From Chiloscyllium plagiosum (lineage: Eukaryota): a stretch of DNA of 61,808 nt. Below the pieces are notes generated by a model. That model ran no database searches. It was given only the letters and a program-made list of their open reading frames with translations, and had not been told where the DNA came from. The stretch covers positions 23,073,533-23,135,340 of the forward strand of contig NC_057718.1 of assembly GCF_004010195.1 (NCBI RefSeq), given 5' to 3'. A program made the translations under genes and the position numbers. This document shows, piece by piece, positions 59,915-61,808 of this stretch (positions are counted from its first letter, which is position 1; each line of letters starts with the position of its first letter).

Positions 59915-60939
59915 GTATCAGACCCATTTTTCCAGGATTTTGTTTTCAAGTCTGTCACAGTTATGTGACCAGTGTTCAATATTACTGAAAATTACAATTA
60001 ACCGTCATTGAATCTGTCTATCTACAGACCACTTGGATTGGCTTTTAGATGTTAAATATATGAAGATGCTTTGATTTAAGTGTTACAGAGTTCAAAATGG
60101 TTGACTCTAAAACTTTAACTGCATGATTTTCACTCTCATGAGTCATCACACTTTGGAGATTTGCATTTAATTGCTGAACCAAGGTTGTTTCTATGTATAT
60201 TAACTGATAGAAAGATACTTGGATTGGCCATGAGCAATGTCAATGAATATATGCAGTGGGGGAAGAGGAACGGGTAGGGGGAAGATGTCGTTTTGTTGCT
60301 TCTGCGCACTTAGAAACACTGAGGATGAATTTTGTCTGGGATTTATGTTTGTTGCAACTGTAGCTTGCTTTTATTTAGCAAGCTAACATACCTCAAAAGT
60401 AACAAAGGAGGGAACATGTGCAGAAAAATTTACTGCACTGGATATTGTCCACTATTTCTCATTGCTTTAACCTTTTGTTTTATTAGTCTTGAGAACTTTG
60501 ACTGAATAATCGATTGTAGGGTCTCTGAAAATGAACTTATTTCAAGTTGATTGGTACGGTAAAGCCATTTATATGATATTGGAATTTTCTGCTTTAAATG
60601 AGATTTTAGTTGCAGATCAAATGCGTGTCATTGTATGAATACCATCTTTGGATGCTATAGGAGCATTCACTTTCCATCAGTGTGGATGTGGTCTAGTGAG
60701 GAGTGTGTAAAACATAGAAATGATATCCAATTTTCTTTTTAGTTTAGTAGTATTGTACTTCATTCAACATCTGAGTCCTTCATTTGATCTTTCTGATTTC
60801 GCAGATGAAGCTTGACATTTTTGAGTCTGCATCTGCTCCATACGCTCCTCCACCACTATCTGTGGTTATCTATACTTCACTTAAATTTGTTTTGCTGTCT
60901 CTGTTTCTCATCAGTGGCTGACTTGAATACTGATGGATA

Positions 60940-61421
60940 GACCATAAGACCGTAAGATAGAGAAACAGAATTATGTCATTCACCTCATCGAGTCTGCTCC
61001 ACCACTTTATCAAGGTTGATATGTTTCACAACCCCATTCTCCTGCCTTCTCCCTGTAATCTTTGATCACCTTCCGAATGAAAACCTTCCATATCTGTCTG
61101 AAATTCACTCAATGACCTGCCCTCCATAGCCTTCTGTGACAATGAGTTCCACAGATTCACCACACTCTGGCTAAAGAAATTCCTTCTCATCTCAGTTCTA
61201 AAGAGTTGTGCCTTCATCTGAGTCTGTCCCTTGGTCGTAGTCTCTCTCCTACTAATGGAAACATCTTCTGTACATCCATTCCATCCAGGCCTCTCAGTAT
61301 TCTGTAAGTTCCTATGGGATCCCCCTTTGTCCTTCTAAACTCCCTCAAGTGCAGACCCACAGTCAACAACCACTCCACAAATGGCAAGCACTTCATTCCT
61401 GGGATTATTCCTGTAATCCTC
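60940..61421 (-). mobile_element. CR1 3' fragment
   Basis: FRTEMRRNFFSQSVVNLWNSL; tail (CCATAAGA)n. Confidence 0.9.
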
Positions 61422-61808
61422 CTTTTTCACAGCAGAGAGCGGCGCGAGCTGGGCGGAAGTGAGGTTGGAGCGCAGAGCTGGTCGGGAAGGTAAGTGATTG
61501 ATATATAAAGAACTTACCTCGACGCCAACGGTCTTTTCACAGCAGAGAGCGGCGCGAGCTGGGCGGAAGTGAGGTTGGAGCGCAGAGCTGGTCGGGAAAG
61601 TAAGTGATTGGTATTTGAGTGGGTGTGTTCTAGACCCCAAACCCTACATAGTAGGGCCTCCCTCCCATCCTCCTCCTCTAACCTAATTTTAAAGTCCACA
61701 GGTAAGCTACTCAGTGTTCTTGCTTTGGAGACGAAGTGTAGAGTAATGGCAGCGCAGGCAGTGGAATGTTCCTCCTGCAGGATGTTTGAGGTAGGGGTGA
61801 CCACCGAT
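61422..61808 (+). mobile_element. 5' end of a young, probably full-length CR1 LINE (tandem 5' UTR monomers and ORF1 start)
   Basis: CpG-rich 77-bp repeats at 110-bp spacing, followed by an ATG at 61746. Confidence 0.75.
61746..61808 (+). CDS. CR1 ORF1 N-terminus (partial, continues beyond the window)
   Basis: MAAQAVECSSCRMFEVGVTTD; CxxCxM is typical of the CR1 ORF1p N-terminal zinc-binding region; ATG context GTAATGG. Confidence 0.7.
   Translation, partial: MAAQAVECSSCRMFEVGVTTD

Noticed and set aside
61620..61690. HDV-like ribozyme in the CR1 5' UTR
   Set aside because: Only one hairpin is evident; I could not build the nested double pseudoknot by eye.

Overview
This is repeat-dense vertebrate nuclear DNA, not prokaryotic. 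The HE1-type V-SINEs and their partner CR1 LINEs point to a cartilaginous fish, probably a shark. I could not recognise any host protein-coding gene; the recognisable ORFs in the track are decayed transposon frames or their antisense shadows. The window holds many CR1 fragments (one near full-length, plus the young 5' end of another at the right edge), L2, RTE and Rex1-type LINEs, three tRNA-derived SINE families, solo LTRs, a 7.85-kb Gmr1-type Gypsy provirus (integrase before RT, SCAN-like capsid, ATGC TSD) interrupted by a Rex1-type LINE, and four assembly gaps. The most interesting signal is about a dozen short Penelope-like element (PLE) pseudo-LTRs from three families, most retaining a minimal hammerhead-ribozyme core or its remnant. 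Three are fold-back insertions flanked by 9-12 bp TSDs, with the 3' tail on one arm only. Three near-identical local duplications (186, 117 and 121 bp) are either templated repair events or assembly artefacts. Boundaries without a TSD are approximate.
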